Source of the DNA: Lama glama
Taxonomy: Eukaryota
Assembly: GCA_028534125.1 (NCBI GenBank)
Contig: CM052817.1
Coordinates: 85,686,001 to 85,750,000, forward strand
DNA: 64,000 nucleotides
Reading direction: 5' to 3'
The notes beneath the pieces are model-generated. The model ran no database searches, was not told the origin of the DNA, and saw only the letters and a list, made by a program, of their open reading frames with translations. The position numbers and the translations under genes are program-made. Positions 51,308-64,000 of this stretch are shown here, piece after piece (position 1 is the first letter of the stretch; each line of letters opens with the position of its first letter).

Positions 51308-54300
51308 GTGATATTTCTGTATCTTCATCTAGATAGAGAGGTAGACTAAGTAAAAGTTGGTAACTATTTTGTGAATCATTAATAATGAAAGGATGGTTTC
51401 GCTTTTTGTTTGGGAAATTTTTTAACTTTCTGTTTTCTAGTTACTCAGAATTATAAGCTCATACATAATATATTGCCTATTAATTCTGTTTGACACCACT
51501 ATTCACGTATGCCTAAATCTAACTGTAGATTGCTGTATTTTAATTTTAATATAACTCAATAGGTATTGCTGTTGCTTTTGAGACTTAGTTTTAGATCTTT
51601 AAATGGAAATTTATTGATAAATATTTGAAAAACTAGTAATATTATAGAAAAGAAAATTCTAAGAAGGTAAGAAACTAACATTGCTTCTAAGTAATACACT
51701 CTTTATAACATTTAATTTTAAGCTAACATAAAAATATTGCAAGCTAATTTTAAAATGTCATTTTGAACCATAACATTTATGTGGTTATCTCCTTATAAAC
51801 CATTTTAATTTAACTGCAAGATGGGGTACTTTCCAGCTCTTTTTGATAAACATAATTCAAATGTTTTTGGGGTTTTTTTTTCCCCTCCCTAACAAAGGAA
51901 AAAAAATGTCATGGGGAATAGCATTGTAGGATGGTTTGGGGATAATGTAGTCCCGTCCACTTATGTTGCCACAATTAACAATGCTATTATTATTGTTTTT
52001 TTAATCCAGAAACTGAAGAGACAGGTCTATATCCTTTTATCATCTCATTTTTTCCCCAAAGAACCACAAATACTCAGTTATTCCTCTCAATTTATTTTCT
52101 TAATATAACAATCCATCAGATATTTAATGAGCACATGCTATAAGAAATACACTTTGCTAGGTGTGGAGAGGAGTCGTGTGTGTGGAGAAAGATGAGGAAG
52201 TCATTGCCACTCTTTCTCACACTCTGGAATGTGATACGAGCTTTTTTCCCTTAAATGTACAGAGAAAATATTCATATTATTTACATTAAATATTAGTAAC
52301 GATATATTCATTGGCAATGAGAAGTGAATTATTTTTACAGTTTATTGTTTATATAAGTTGAAGTGCTGCAGTTTTCATTCTTACTATTTCTATGGAGAAA
52401 CAGACTCCATTACAGTTTATCTATATTTCTCTTATTATTTATAAATATGAAAAAACTTCATTAAATTAGCAAAAACATGATTTTAATACCTCTATGTTTC
52501 AAAACTTCATGCAGTAATTTGAGTTTTTAAAACCGAATTATCAAAAACATCTTGTTTTTCTAATACATAGATTCAATCCAAGCAAAGTTAGAGAATAATG
52601 TCTTAGACAAGTGAGAAATATTTATTTCTTCAGAGTTCTAAGCAAACTTTTCTTACTTATCCTGGATCAACTCTCATTCTGTTTCATCATAGAATTTAGC
52701 ATATATGCAGAGTTGCATCTTGGGAAATTTGTTTTTGTTGTTTTCAAAAGAGTATTTCTTTAGTAGATTGCTTTAAAATATACTCCACATTCACACAAAA
52801 AAAGCTAATGACAACTATCCTATATTAGGTTTTATCTAAAAACAGAGAAACAGAGCATCATGAAATACTCATTTGTAGGAGCAGATACCATGTTTTTCCT
52901 CATGAGAAAACTACAGTTTATTTACAGTCAATTTACAATATGTTGTCATAATCCTCTTTGCATAGTTTTCTCCAAACAGAACTTAACACTGCTGGATAAA
53001 ATTAATTTACTGACTTCTGTGGTATAAGATTGATTCTGTTGATATTTATTCAGCTTTCACTAAGGTTTAGAAGAAGTTGCCTCAATTGTTGCAGGTAGGA
53101 TAGGATTCAAACTATTCAAAATAAAAGAGGTGTTAAAATCACTTAAAAGGAACTAAAGGTCTAGTTTACCTTTTAAAAACAAGATCTAATTTACTGATTT
53201 GAATTTCTTCCATTGTTTCTATAAATGAGTTTTATCAATAGTTTACAAATAGTATACTCGTATGTATGATGGTACATTTGAGTGTAAAAGGAGTCTTCTT
53301 AATAAATTTGATTAAAAAAGCAGCAATTAATATATATAGGTTCCTGGGAAAATAGGACAGAGATTCAACTTATCTATAAATAACTTAAGGAGAGGTGCTG
53401 TTTTCTTAATCATAATCTTGTAAGCACCTAGTGTAGCACATACTAGGTACTTAATAAATGCAAATTTAAATAAATGATGGATTAATTGTTCAAAAGTAAT
53501 AATTATGCCTTCTTTACAGTCATTTATTTATTATAAACTTTATCTATTACACCTGTAATTCAAATTCTATTAACTCTGACATTTTAGAAAATCATTGGTG
53601 TGTTAACTATTTCAGGACAATTTATATTCTGTGAAATAGCCTTGACTGTGCTGTATTAGTATTCACATATCCTTTGTTGAATTAGGTTTCTATATCAAAC
53701 AATATACATACACATTAACCTCATTTATCTAGACCCAAGTGTGGCAAAAGTAGAATGGTAGAGAAGTTTGGTAACTTACCTTTTAAGTGCTGGTGTCAGT
53801 GATGAGGGAATATATAAGGATATTTGTTTCCACCTCATTGCTACTCATGATATCAAGGAATCTTGATACATTGAATCATACTTTGAAATAAGGTATAATG
53901 ATGTTCAAATAATTAAGATCTAAATAGACTCCTCAATCTGTTAACCCAGTTTTCATATGAGGTATGTTTATAAAATCCTAATAACATGATGGTCAATAGG
54001 AAAACTTCGAAAATTCTTTGAATAAAAACCAAAATATCATTGTGGCTACCTGTTTCATAACTAGATAACTTAGGTTTATGGAATTGTAATGTCAGCTACA
54101 GTTTAAGGAAAGTAAAACTTCATCCTCAAACTTACATATAATAATAAACATGAGCAGAATTATTTTATATAACATGTGAATGGAACACAAGTAGCATAAT
54201 TAAAGAGAAAAAATTAACAGATGACAAGGTTGATTCTATTGAAAAGTTAGTTAGAATAGAATCTTAATTTATTCCTGGCACAGCCTCATAAAATTAAGGG

Positions 54301-56506
54301 AGCCAGTGTAAGAATTCTAGTAAGGTCAATAAGGAGAGCGGCATAAGGAGAGGTGGATTCTTGTCTCTGTTGAGTATTTATCTGTACAGTTTCAGCCAAT
54401 CATTTAATTTTCATTTCATATGTTTCTTCAACTGAAAAATTAGGAATAGGGATAAACAAGAATTTCTAAAAATCTATTCATGGCAACCACTGGCATGTGT
54501 AATAGTCTTTCAAAACTTATGTTGTGTTTTAGGATTCAGTCTAGGACCATCCTGGAGATTAATCATTCACATTGCCATTATGAGAAGATTGCTGCAATAA
54601 AGCAGCATGCTTAACTATGTTCATCAGAGCAAGAATGAGACTTTTAGCACAATTCTTTTCTTAAATTTCAATTTCTAGGAAGTGCTTTTGGGAGCTATGA
54701 ACAAGACAATAGTCGTCATTTAATCTAATTATTATGGAATATATCAGGTGTGTTAAATCAATTATCTCATGAACATGTATGTCCAGTGTAATGAGAAAAT
54801 TTTCTAGTTTTGTACAAGTAAAAAGTCTTTATATTTTATAGTTAATCCATATCAAATTTCTATTTCAAATCTGCCAAATTCCTGAACTGGGTTGACAAGG
54901 GAAGACAAAAGTTAATGTACTGATTAACAGTAATGCTATTTCACACCATTCCAATAAATTGAGTCTGATATGATTACTAAAACCTCAGTCAATTTCCATG
55001 TTACAGTTATCTTCAATCTTTGTCCGTTGAAACACCTCTCAGGACTTGGCAGAGCTTCCTGGCCCACAGCAGTCTGCTTGCCAAGCTCTTTTGCCTCCAT
55101 CTTCCCTTACGGTGTTGCTGACCTGCTCAGATGAAAGATGAAGTGGGATGGGGTAAAACGTCTGCCAATAGGGCTGCCCATGTCTTGTGTGAAATAGGAG
55201 TTTTCACATCTGATCTCTCTTGATATTATTTTACTCTGAAGAATTCTATGGTCAGTATAGCTTAAAGTCAAGAAGCTTACATACATGGATGGGGCGTGAT
55301 AAATTCAACAGTAACAGATCAAACCTGTACAACTCAATGTATGTGAACTTCAGGAGTTTTGGTCCGATTCCTGATTAGTTGCATCATGCCCACTTGTCTT
55401 TGATACATTCAAACCTTTGCCTACCCTTTAAGAGCTTTAAAAAAGCCTACACATGCTCAAAACTCCTTTTAGATAGTTTGCCCCATTATGCCACTTTTTC
55501 TGAAGTCCTTTTCCATGTTCTGCACACCAGTGGCAATTCTGATCATGAAGTAGAGGAATGCAGAGAAATATTTATGCATATCATGCAGGCCCAGAAATAC
55601 CACTTAAATAAAACTAACAAAACCTGGTGATAGCAGTTTACCAGATATATAACATTTAAAAAGAGCTTGTTGGAGATTGAGCAAATATTCTGCCTAATAT
55701 GATTAAGTAGATACATGCTTTGCCACTGCTTTTAAAAGCCTTTGTGTTATTGGCTGTTTTCAACTCCTGTAAATTAGTTTTTTCAATAAGGATCTATAAA
55801 ATGAAGCCAATTGAAAAGGCCATACTGGAGAGGTAATCTTCACGCAAAAAGAAAAGCACAGCCAGGTGACCACACTTAGAATTAATATGTATAATTATTA
55901 TAAAGGAATAACTGCTTAGTGTTTGTTTTAGGATTGACCCCCAAAGTTTCAATTTTTAAATTGTGATTTCAAGTTTTAAGTAACTTATAACTAGTTGGGA
56001 ATAGTTCTATATCCACTGATTTAAAAATATATATAATTGAGTTGCAATTTTTTTATTAGTCATAGAAAATATGCTTCGGAGTCTTCAGTAAATGTTTCAG
56101 TCTCTGATTAGTCATCAAAGCATTTCAATTAACTAATAAGATTTGTTGCTGTCATGGTAGTAGAGATGGTGGTGCTTTGGGTTTTATGTTTACTTGTTTT
56201 GCGTTTTGTTTTTATTTTGATTTTCATCCTACAACTTTAAAAATCACTCATCATTACTTTAAATTCCATACTAACGTTAAAAATAAATGATGACAGAGAG
56301 AACACAATTGAAATCTCCTCTGGGGAGTATCTTAGAAGTAGCCTTTGTAGAATCTTTTATGTGGCCACTATTTAACAAATATCTTCAAAGTATTGTTGGA
56401 TTATAATGCATATTTGGAAGACAATGGATTAAAACACTTTTAAACTCTTACGTTTGAATCATGATTAAAAAAAATAATAAAAACCAGAATCTTGAAGGTT
56501 TTCTTA

Positions 56507-56668
56507 TAGCCAAACGATTATTCCACACAGGGAACTATATTCAACATCTTGTAATGGCATGTAATAAAAAATAATATGAAAAAAATGTATATGTACAACT
56601 GAATCACTATACTGTACACCAGAAATTAACACAACACTGTAAATCGACTATACTTCAATTAAAAAAAC
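56507..56668 (+). mobile_element. Short artiodactyl/camelid-type L1 3' end
   Basis: cacagggaactatattcaacatcttgtaat..aactgaatcactatactgtacaccagaaattaacacaacactgtaaatcgactatacttcaattaaaaaaa. Confidence 0.88.
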
Positions 56669-56879
56669 TGGATTCCTTTCCAGTTAACTATGGGTTGTTC
56701 CCTTGTGTTAATGATACTGTATTTTCATTTTACACATTTACGAGGGCCATGGGAGTACACTCCGCTTTATGAACCCTGATATGGCATCAGAGAAGCTTTG
56801 TGAAGAAAAAATGATGGTGTGTACTTGAATCTTTATAAACAAAACTAATAAAGTCTTGCAGAGAAAAAATGTACCCTTT

Positions 56880-59070
56880 ATCTGTGACTGTAGTGAGAAC
56901 TGGGGCTGAGAAGATGAGAGGCAGAGATCAACAAAGGTTTGATACAGCCCATCCTTTGGACTGTATGGCTATGCTTCTGCTTTCCATTGAATCCAATCAA
57001 TCACAGCATACTCAAGGCGGTGGGAAGTTACAACCTCTGTACATCATTAGTGTGGGAGGGTAACAAGCTGCAGCCCCGACTATGTCAACTGGCGCTAAAT
57101 ATGTGGCTGATGTTATATTCCCACTCCTCCTCCACTCGTCATTGATTTCTCTGATGTTCAATCACTGTTTTAGTTATTCCACAGGGAGTGAACAAGATCT
57201 CCCTGCGTTGCCTTGCTTTTGTTAAACTTTGGTTTCTGCAACTGCTAATTCACAATTTTCACCAGACATGGAAGTCCCACAATAACCCCTGTTGATCTTC
57301 TCTCCCCATTGTTCAGCAATTTACCCTAGTTTCTCATAGCAGTAAGGAAAGATTACATGTACCAGTATCACTTTTTTTTTCTTTCATTTTCTTCATATTC
57401 ATGGGTATGAGTTACCCAATGTGATCAGGTATAATTTAGAACCTTGAGTTTAATAAAAACTTACTAATTCTGATGGTGGAAAATTTCCTCCAGGGAAACA
57501 GGACCTCCAGTAGTAGAGCAGCCAGTGTTCATCAGGATAGGAAGTAAAATTTGTATTATTGAGTCGAAGGGAGTGATTGATCCATGATTCCCTGACCCAT
57601 AGCTTTGGAAAACCCAGCACCACATACTATCCATTATTTCAGTAACTACACTGCATTCTGGAAGACAGCATACCAACTATGTGGGATTTTTTTCCCCCCT
57701 CCAAACTAGTAACTTAACCAAACTTTTAGTAGATCTTTAATCATTATATTGGGTGAGAAGACTTTAGTCTGTGAAACGTGGTATGACCTGTAGACTTTAT
57801 GGTCCTTCACCTGGGGACGTCTTAGTGTGAGACAATTCTTATAGAAATCTCATGGCAAAGAATAGCAATTATGTTGCTATACTGTGTCTGTTGGTGATAC
57901 AGAGGTGTTGCATACAGAAAAGGAGAGAAAGAAAATCCTTCTTTTTAAGTCAAAAAAGTGCCTCTCTTTTTTGGGAAAAGCTATATGTTGGGCCACTTCA
58001 CCTTCTATAAAAAATGAACGACCAAGTATACTGCCCAGGGCTCTACATGCTAGGAAGATTTTCCTTCACTCTTTTTGTTTAGATCCACTCTGACTATGGC
58101 TTCAGTGTGGCACTTCATTTTCAGCTTGCTATAACATCGCAACCTAATTCATCTATCAACTAGGTCTGAGTTCTTCCCTCATTTATCAGTTGCCGTAGTG
58201 AAACTTCGTAAGGATGGGCATCAGTGCAACAGCGTTGGATAATACAGTAGACTAGGCCATTTGTTCACGGAACATGCGTGGAGACCGTATCTCAAAAGTA
58301 GCATTTACATCATATGATGGATTCTTTATCTGATACAACCAGTTTTTTGTTGGTCAACTCTAATTGCATATTCATTTGAGACCACATGATGAGAAGCTCT
58401 GTGTCTATAGACTCCAGAGCATGTGAAAATCTGCTTTTAAAAATGTTGACATAGCATTTCTCCTGGCCTCAGGAGTCTGTACTAGGAATCTTCTGCTGTA
58501 CCTTGCAATGGAATCTAGATAACAACCTTAATGACAGTCAGTATCTCTGACTCATCTGACATCACTGGATTGGCTGATTCACGTGGTCCAAGCAGTAGTG
58601 GAATTTTACTCATTGCCTTGACCTGCTACAGAGCCCTCTCTTGCATTATACAACTACATCATACAACTCAAACCTGATAACATTCTGACTCATTTGACAA
58701 ATGAGTCCAAACATTTGTTTCCAAGAATGGTGTGTACCATCTCTGCAATGGAAAGAGGTCCAGCAAGGACTGGCTCCTTCTTTCTTACGTTGGGGAGCAC
58801 AAGGTGAAACAATTCCTGCTCTCTCTGGAGGAGAGGCTCTAACATGCTATGCACGGTAAGACTTCTACATTTTACCAGTGTGGCAGATCTCTGAATCTTC
58901 TGAGAGTTTATCTCAATATCAAGGTACTGAGGTTGGTTAATCATCACTCTCTGATAAACAGGTACAACTAGAGTGATGTCCCCATTTTAGTGACAGTGAG
59001 GAATAGTGAGATGTTCTGCAAAACATAAAAATGATCAAGCTCCTTATGTTCTATACTATGAGAAAGAACA
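56880..59070 (-). mobile_element. Ancient ERVL (class III) internal remnant (RT, RNase H and dUTPase-like traces) with the start of its 3' LTR (~56880-56946)
   Basis: Minus translations EINSQKIQRSATLVK..LFHLVLPNVRKK, QERAL*QVKAM..LLLGPRESANPVM and YGSGNHGSITP resemble ERVL pol (EINPTKIQGPATSVK, QEKALQQVQA..LPLGPYDPADPM, GSGNQG); PPT-like aaaggatgggc followed by TGTATCA. Confidence 0.75.
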
Positions 59071-59269
59071 AAATATTTAACAAGTCTTTGGAAAAGAGAT
59101 TGGAAGCGTCTCGCTCTTTCTATGTAAAATAAAGGAGTTTTGATGTTTCATAAAGATTGGAGAAGGAGAAGAGGATCTGCTCATTTTTTTCCCAGTTTAT
59201 TTTCTCTCTTTATTTCAGATGAGATTATTTCTATTGTTATAGCTTCAAATTCACTGTGTTTGGAGACTT

Positions 59270-59830
59270 TTCCTTGAGCAAAATATTTGTCCTATGGTTT
59301 TTATAATTAAGCTGACTTCTATACTTTAAAACATTAATTAGGTCATCAATTGTGCTATGACCAGAATCTTTTTTTGGGGGGGAAGCTCCCAAATATATGA
59401 GGGTATTTTAATTTTTATTTATTCCCATGCCTTCTCTGTTTTGTGAACTATATTTTCCCTCCTGCATTTTTCTTACCTGTAGATTTTCCAGGGGACCCCT
59501 GACTCTTACTTTCATTCTCAATGATTACTTAATACTCATGACTTTTATCACCATCTTTACTTTGATTTCCAATCTCTCAAGCCCAGGAGCTACATTTTCA
59601 ACAACCAATTGGATATTCCCCTCTAGTTGTTCAAAAAATAATTAAACAAAGCATATTTTAAAATAAGCATATTGTGTCATATTTCATCATAATTTTCTTT
59701 TCCAGTTAAGTCAGAAGCGTAGGAAGTATCTCAGTAGTCCCTTTTTTTCCCCTGAGCGTGCATATTCAGTCAGTTACATGTTACTCTTCTTAAATTCCTG
59801 TGAGAATGCTAGGATTCTCACTCACCAGAT
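59270..59830 (+). mobile_element. Degraded L2
   Basis: ttccaatctctcaagcccagg..ttggatattcccctctag..ccagttaagtcagaagcgtagga. Confidence 0.45.
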
Positions 59831-62800
59831 TATGTAATTTTATTCTTTAGCATGAAATACAAATTTCATATGATTCATATTACCTTTATAAGTATCATTT
59901 GTTTCTTAGCCAAACTTACCTTGACTATAAAGAGTTAAAGCTGCCATACGTGCTTTTTGGTTGAGACTTCTGCTCTCATCTTTGCAACATCCCCTAACTT
60001 GAGCTTCCTCCTGCACAAGAGGTGGAGTCTAATCCAGAAAATCACTTCCAAAGTTAGGGGCTGCTGCCTGTGGGCACGTATCACGGAGTGATAACTATGC
60101 CTTTTTCTGATTTAAGTACTTTTCAGATTTATCCTCTGTGCACTACTTGAGACCATACTTTTCACTCCAGAATATCTCAGGGCTCACGTTTGCCTGAAAT
60201 AAAACTGGGCTTGCTTAGCTTAGCGGGTATCAGTTCTGGTCTGTTTAGGTGACCTTTCCTTTTCTGGATGGGTGGTGCTTCCTTGCCTTGCGTGACTCGT
60301 TTCACTTCCATTATTCCACAAAAGTCATGCTGTTCTTATCCTGTTGTCTACTTCCTCATAAAGCAACATCTACCCTTTGTTGGATTCCTAACATAAACAT
60401 GCACTCAGCCTACTGTCATTTTAAACAAATGCCATGCTTGACACTAGTTGTATTGTATTAAATATATCAAGATGTTTTCATCTCTTGTAATCATATCTGA
60501 GTGAAGCTGTACACTTTAAAGTACATTTAATCCATGTTACATTTTGACTGTAGACAGTTATGTGTATGTATGTGTATATATGTATTTCTTTGCATAAACA
60601 TATTCTGTATTTTATAAATATTATCAAGAAGCATGATAAGAATCAATTAAAATATGTACAAATTAGATTTTTTTTTCTTGCTCAAGGTAGACATTCAGAG
60701 TATGGTGGTGAATATATTTTTTTGAAAAGAACATTTAAGTGGGTAATAAAGAAAAGACCAAGATAAGCTCAGTCCCTCCATACATAAAATATATTGTGTT
60801 TGGTGAGCAGTGCCACTCATTATATTTCTTCAAGCATTTCATTGTTTTTAATGTTTCTGTTCAACATGAGCTATCCTTTTTCTATTTTTAAATCTTGGTA
60901 ATTCTGCATGCCACTATTCTTGCCAAGTAGTCTGTAGCAGTGTCATATTGCTAGAGGTCATAATTCAATATATATTTTAAGTGCTTACACTTTCTTCCTT
61001 TGTAGTTACCCCCATTTCACCTCTTGTATACAATGTCTCACAGAAATGCTCCGGGGTTTTATTTGTATTTATTCTCCATAAATCTTAGCCTAGCAGGCTA
61101 GTGAACCAACAGCCATCCTTTTATTGCCTGCAGACTGGCTGACTTCCAGTACCTGATTACTAGTGGTTCTGTTTAGTCTTTTCATGTTATTTGTTTAATA
61201 GTATAATTTTTTTTCAGGACCTGCTGAACACAGCTGTTCATGATACTTCTCTTCATTAAACTATCACGTGGCACAAGAAGATATGTTTGAAAGGTCAGAA
61301 ACAAAGCACGAGAATAAGCCAATTGAAAATAAAAGTGTGTTGTTCAAAGTTGTATTTCTGAGGAGATAAAATAATTTTGGTTTAAATAAATAAAAGATAT
61401 ATAACTGCATTCTGTTATGTGAGAATATGCTTTCTTGATCCCTGTTCATATATTGAAGTCCTCTTCATGTGAAACAATATTTTTTCTCTTATGTTTTTGC
61501 TCTCTTACTCAGTTTTCACAGGTTGAATATTGTGAATTTCTATCATTTCTATGTACTAGAATCCACTTATATTGAAAGAAAACAGTTGAGTCAAGTGTTG
61601 TAAAATATTTTATTTGAGATAATCTTAGTTAATGCATGAGAAATTTTCTTCTACACAACCTATTCCAACTTCATTTTACTTTAATACATCTTGGCTATTT
61701 GATTGGAACAGCAACTATTGAACACTATATATATACACATACATATATATGTATATATGTATATTTAAACTCAGGGTTTATGTCCTCATGGTTGTTCTCT
61801 ACTTTTTCTGTGTTTCTCTTAACTTTTACCGAGTTTTTCAAATGATTACATTAAAACAATACTGCTATTTGATACAGTTGACAGGTTCATCTTTGGCACA
61901 TAAAACTAGGGTGGTTATAGTTCAATATTCTGTGAATTGCATGCATTATTACTACCACATTACTAAAATGAACACGTCTAAAATTAAAGCTTTGTATAAG
62001 CTCTTGGAGTATAAAAAGATTTAGAAAAAAGGACTCAAATGATAATTATCAAAACACAAAACACTTCATTAAGTACATAAAAATAATAAAAATTTTTAAA
62101 CGATGAAATCTGTGAAGTGATGATGGAGAAAAGGAGAAAAGGTTTATCTCCTTAACTAAGTATGTATTATAGAAGAATAATAAAAATGTTAAGACCTGGG
62201 AAATTATTTTCATCTCTTATTGTAATCGCTTGACTTCTGTAGTCCTGCTGGCAATATAAATGTTGATGTTTGAATCCATGTGGGTTATAAAAAGCATCAC
62301 TAAAAGGTCATTATCATTTTTAGTTTTCGTACCATGTTTAATATCTCATTGATAGATAATGATACAACTGTTGACTTATTTGCCTAAAAATTTGTAATCA
62401 CTATTAAAATGTTGGCTGTCTATACCCCTGAAATACAAAACTCTCAGTTATACAATTTAAGTGTAGATAATATTATTGACAAAATAAATATCTGAATCTT
62501 ATTATATAAAAATTTAGGTAAAATATGGTTTCCACAAATTCATCAACACATTTTATCAACCATAAAAATTTAAATAAGCAATATTGTTAAGGTATATAAA
62601 AATTAAAATAGTTACTCTTTTAACCACTTAGTATTGAAAATCTCAAGTTTACAAACAGCAACATAGTGTGTGAGCAAAGGCTTCAGAATTATTGGTACAT
62701 TTAGGACAATTAAGATGTACAATGAATATGCAAGGGTTTTATCTCATTGATAGATGAAACCAAAACCGTGCCACTTCATTAATCACATTCCTGTCCAAAT

Positions 62801-63016
62801 GCTCACTTCAAAACAGTCAATTATATTTGTCTATTAATATCTTTCTGTATCTGGAGAGTGAGTGAGAAAGAGAAAAAGACAGACAGAGACAGAGAGAATC
62901 AAAACTATATCAGTTTAAGAAATGTTACAAACAAAACACTAGGTATATAATCTTGGTGAGTAAGACACAATGTGTGGAGCTTATATTCTATACGTAAATA
63001 TGTATATAATCTAGAA

Positions 63017-63877
63017 TTTTTTTTTCATCTTTTTTATTGAAGGATAGTTGATTTACAATGTTGTGTTAGTTTCAGGTGTATAGCAAAATAATTCAATTAT
63101 GCATGTACATGTATATATTCCTTTTCAAATTCCTTTCCATTATAGGTTATAGCAAGATATTGAATATAGTTTCCTGTGCTATACAGTAGGACCTTGTTGT
63201 TTGGTGTGTAGGTTTATTTCTAGGCTCTCTATACTATTCTATTGATCTGTTTTGTTTCAGTACCACCCTACTTTGATTACTGTAGCTTTGTAGTATTGTC
63301 TGAAGTCTGGGAAGTCATACCTTCAGCTTTGTTCTTTTTCGTCAGATTGCTGTGGCAATTCTGGGTCTTTTGTAATTCTATACAAATTTTAGGATTATTT
63401 GTTCTAGTTCTGTGAAAAATGTCATGGGTAATTTGATACAGATCATATTAAATCTGCAGATTGCTTTGGGTAGTATGGTCATTTTAACAGTATTACTTCT
63501 TCCAATCCAAGAGAATGGAATATCTTTCCATTTCTTTATATCATCTCCAGTGTCCCTTGTCAATGTTTTATAGTTCTCAATGTATAAGTTCTTTACCTCC
63601 TTGGTCAGGCTTATTCCTAAGTCTTTTTGTTGTTTTGTTTTGTTCTTTAATGTGATTTAAAGAGATTATTTTTTTACTTTCCGTTTCTGATAACTAATTG
63701 TTCGAGTAAAGAAACGCAACAGATTTCTGTAAGTTAGTCTTGTGTCCTACTACCTTGCTAAATTCATTTATCAGTTCTAATAGTTTTTGTGTGGCGTCTT
63801 AAGGGTTTTCATCATGTAGTATCATGTCATCTTGCATAATAACAATTTTACTTCTTCCTTTCCAGTTTGGATACTTT
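63017..63877 (-). mobile_element. Artiodactyl/camelid-type L1, 5'-truncated, with a large internal deletion at ~63201
   Basis: 3' end ttttttattgaaggatagttgatttacaatgttgtgttagtttcaggtgta..gtaggaccttgttg joined directly to ORF2 sequence ([30 protein letters not shown]). Confidence 0.9.
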
Positions 63878-63962
63878 AAAATAAAACTAGTTTTTAATCA
63901 TAGGCTCTATTCCAAACATTGCTGAACATCATGAGTTCTGACTGGGTATTTTTATTTTTCAG

Positions 63963-64000
63963 ATTTCTGCTATACAGGACCTAATTTCTGGGCCTCTTTG
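63963..64000 (+). other. Candidate exon start running off the window end
   Basis: Branch-like ctgac, then tattttttatttttcag; two frames open (ISAIQDLISGPL and xFCYTGPNFWASL). Confidence 0.35.

Noticed and set aside
61218..61610. Two plus-strand acceptors (about 61218 and 61522)
   Set aside because: The first has stops in all frames; the second lacks a good donor and has only a short open frame.
63195..63210. L1 internal deletion as a spliced-L1 retrocopy
   Set aside because: The junction does not fall at the GT/AG positions I recall in the consensus; a simple deletion is more likely.
1..64000. CRISPR array, operon or other prokaryote-type system
   Set aside because: The sequence is repeat-rich mammalian DNA with no regularly spaced repeat-spacer array and no dense ORFs.

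Overview
AT-rich, CpG-poor mammalian genomic DNA. It is most likely camelid (alpaca, llama or camel), inferred from a tRNA-Ala-derived SINE at 40.5 kb and a young L1 3' end at 7.3 kb that resemble camelid families. The window is dominated by interspersed repeats: old and young L1, L2, MIR, MaLR/ERVL and ERV1/ERV2-type LTRs, ERV pol remnants, and the DNA transposons MER3, MER33, MER58A and Tigger1. There is a 500-N assembly gap at 23197-23696. I see no intact long ORF, CpG island, true RNA gene or prokaryote-type system, and the supplied ORF track is mostly chance ORFs or L1/ERV remnants. The main non-repeat signal is a chain of phase-compatible plus-strand exon candidates (3444-3568, 12693-12764, 22160 onward, with weaker ones at 21742-21747, 37146-37246 and 63963 onward). 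They suggest the window lies inside, or at the 3' end of, a large-intron gene that I could not identify and that may be decaying. Repeat family names come from recalled consensus sequences and boundaries are approximate unless a TSD is given.
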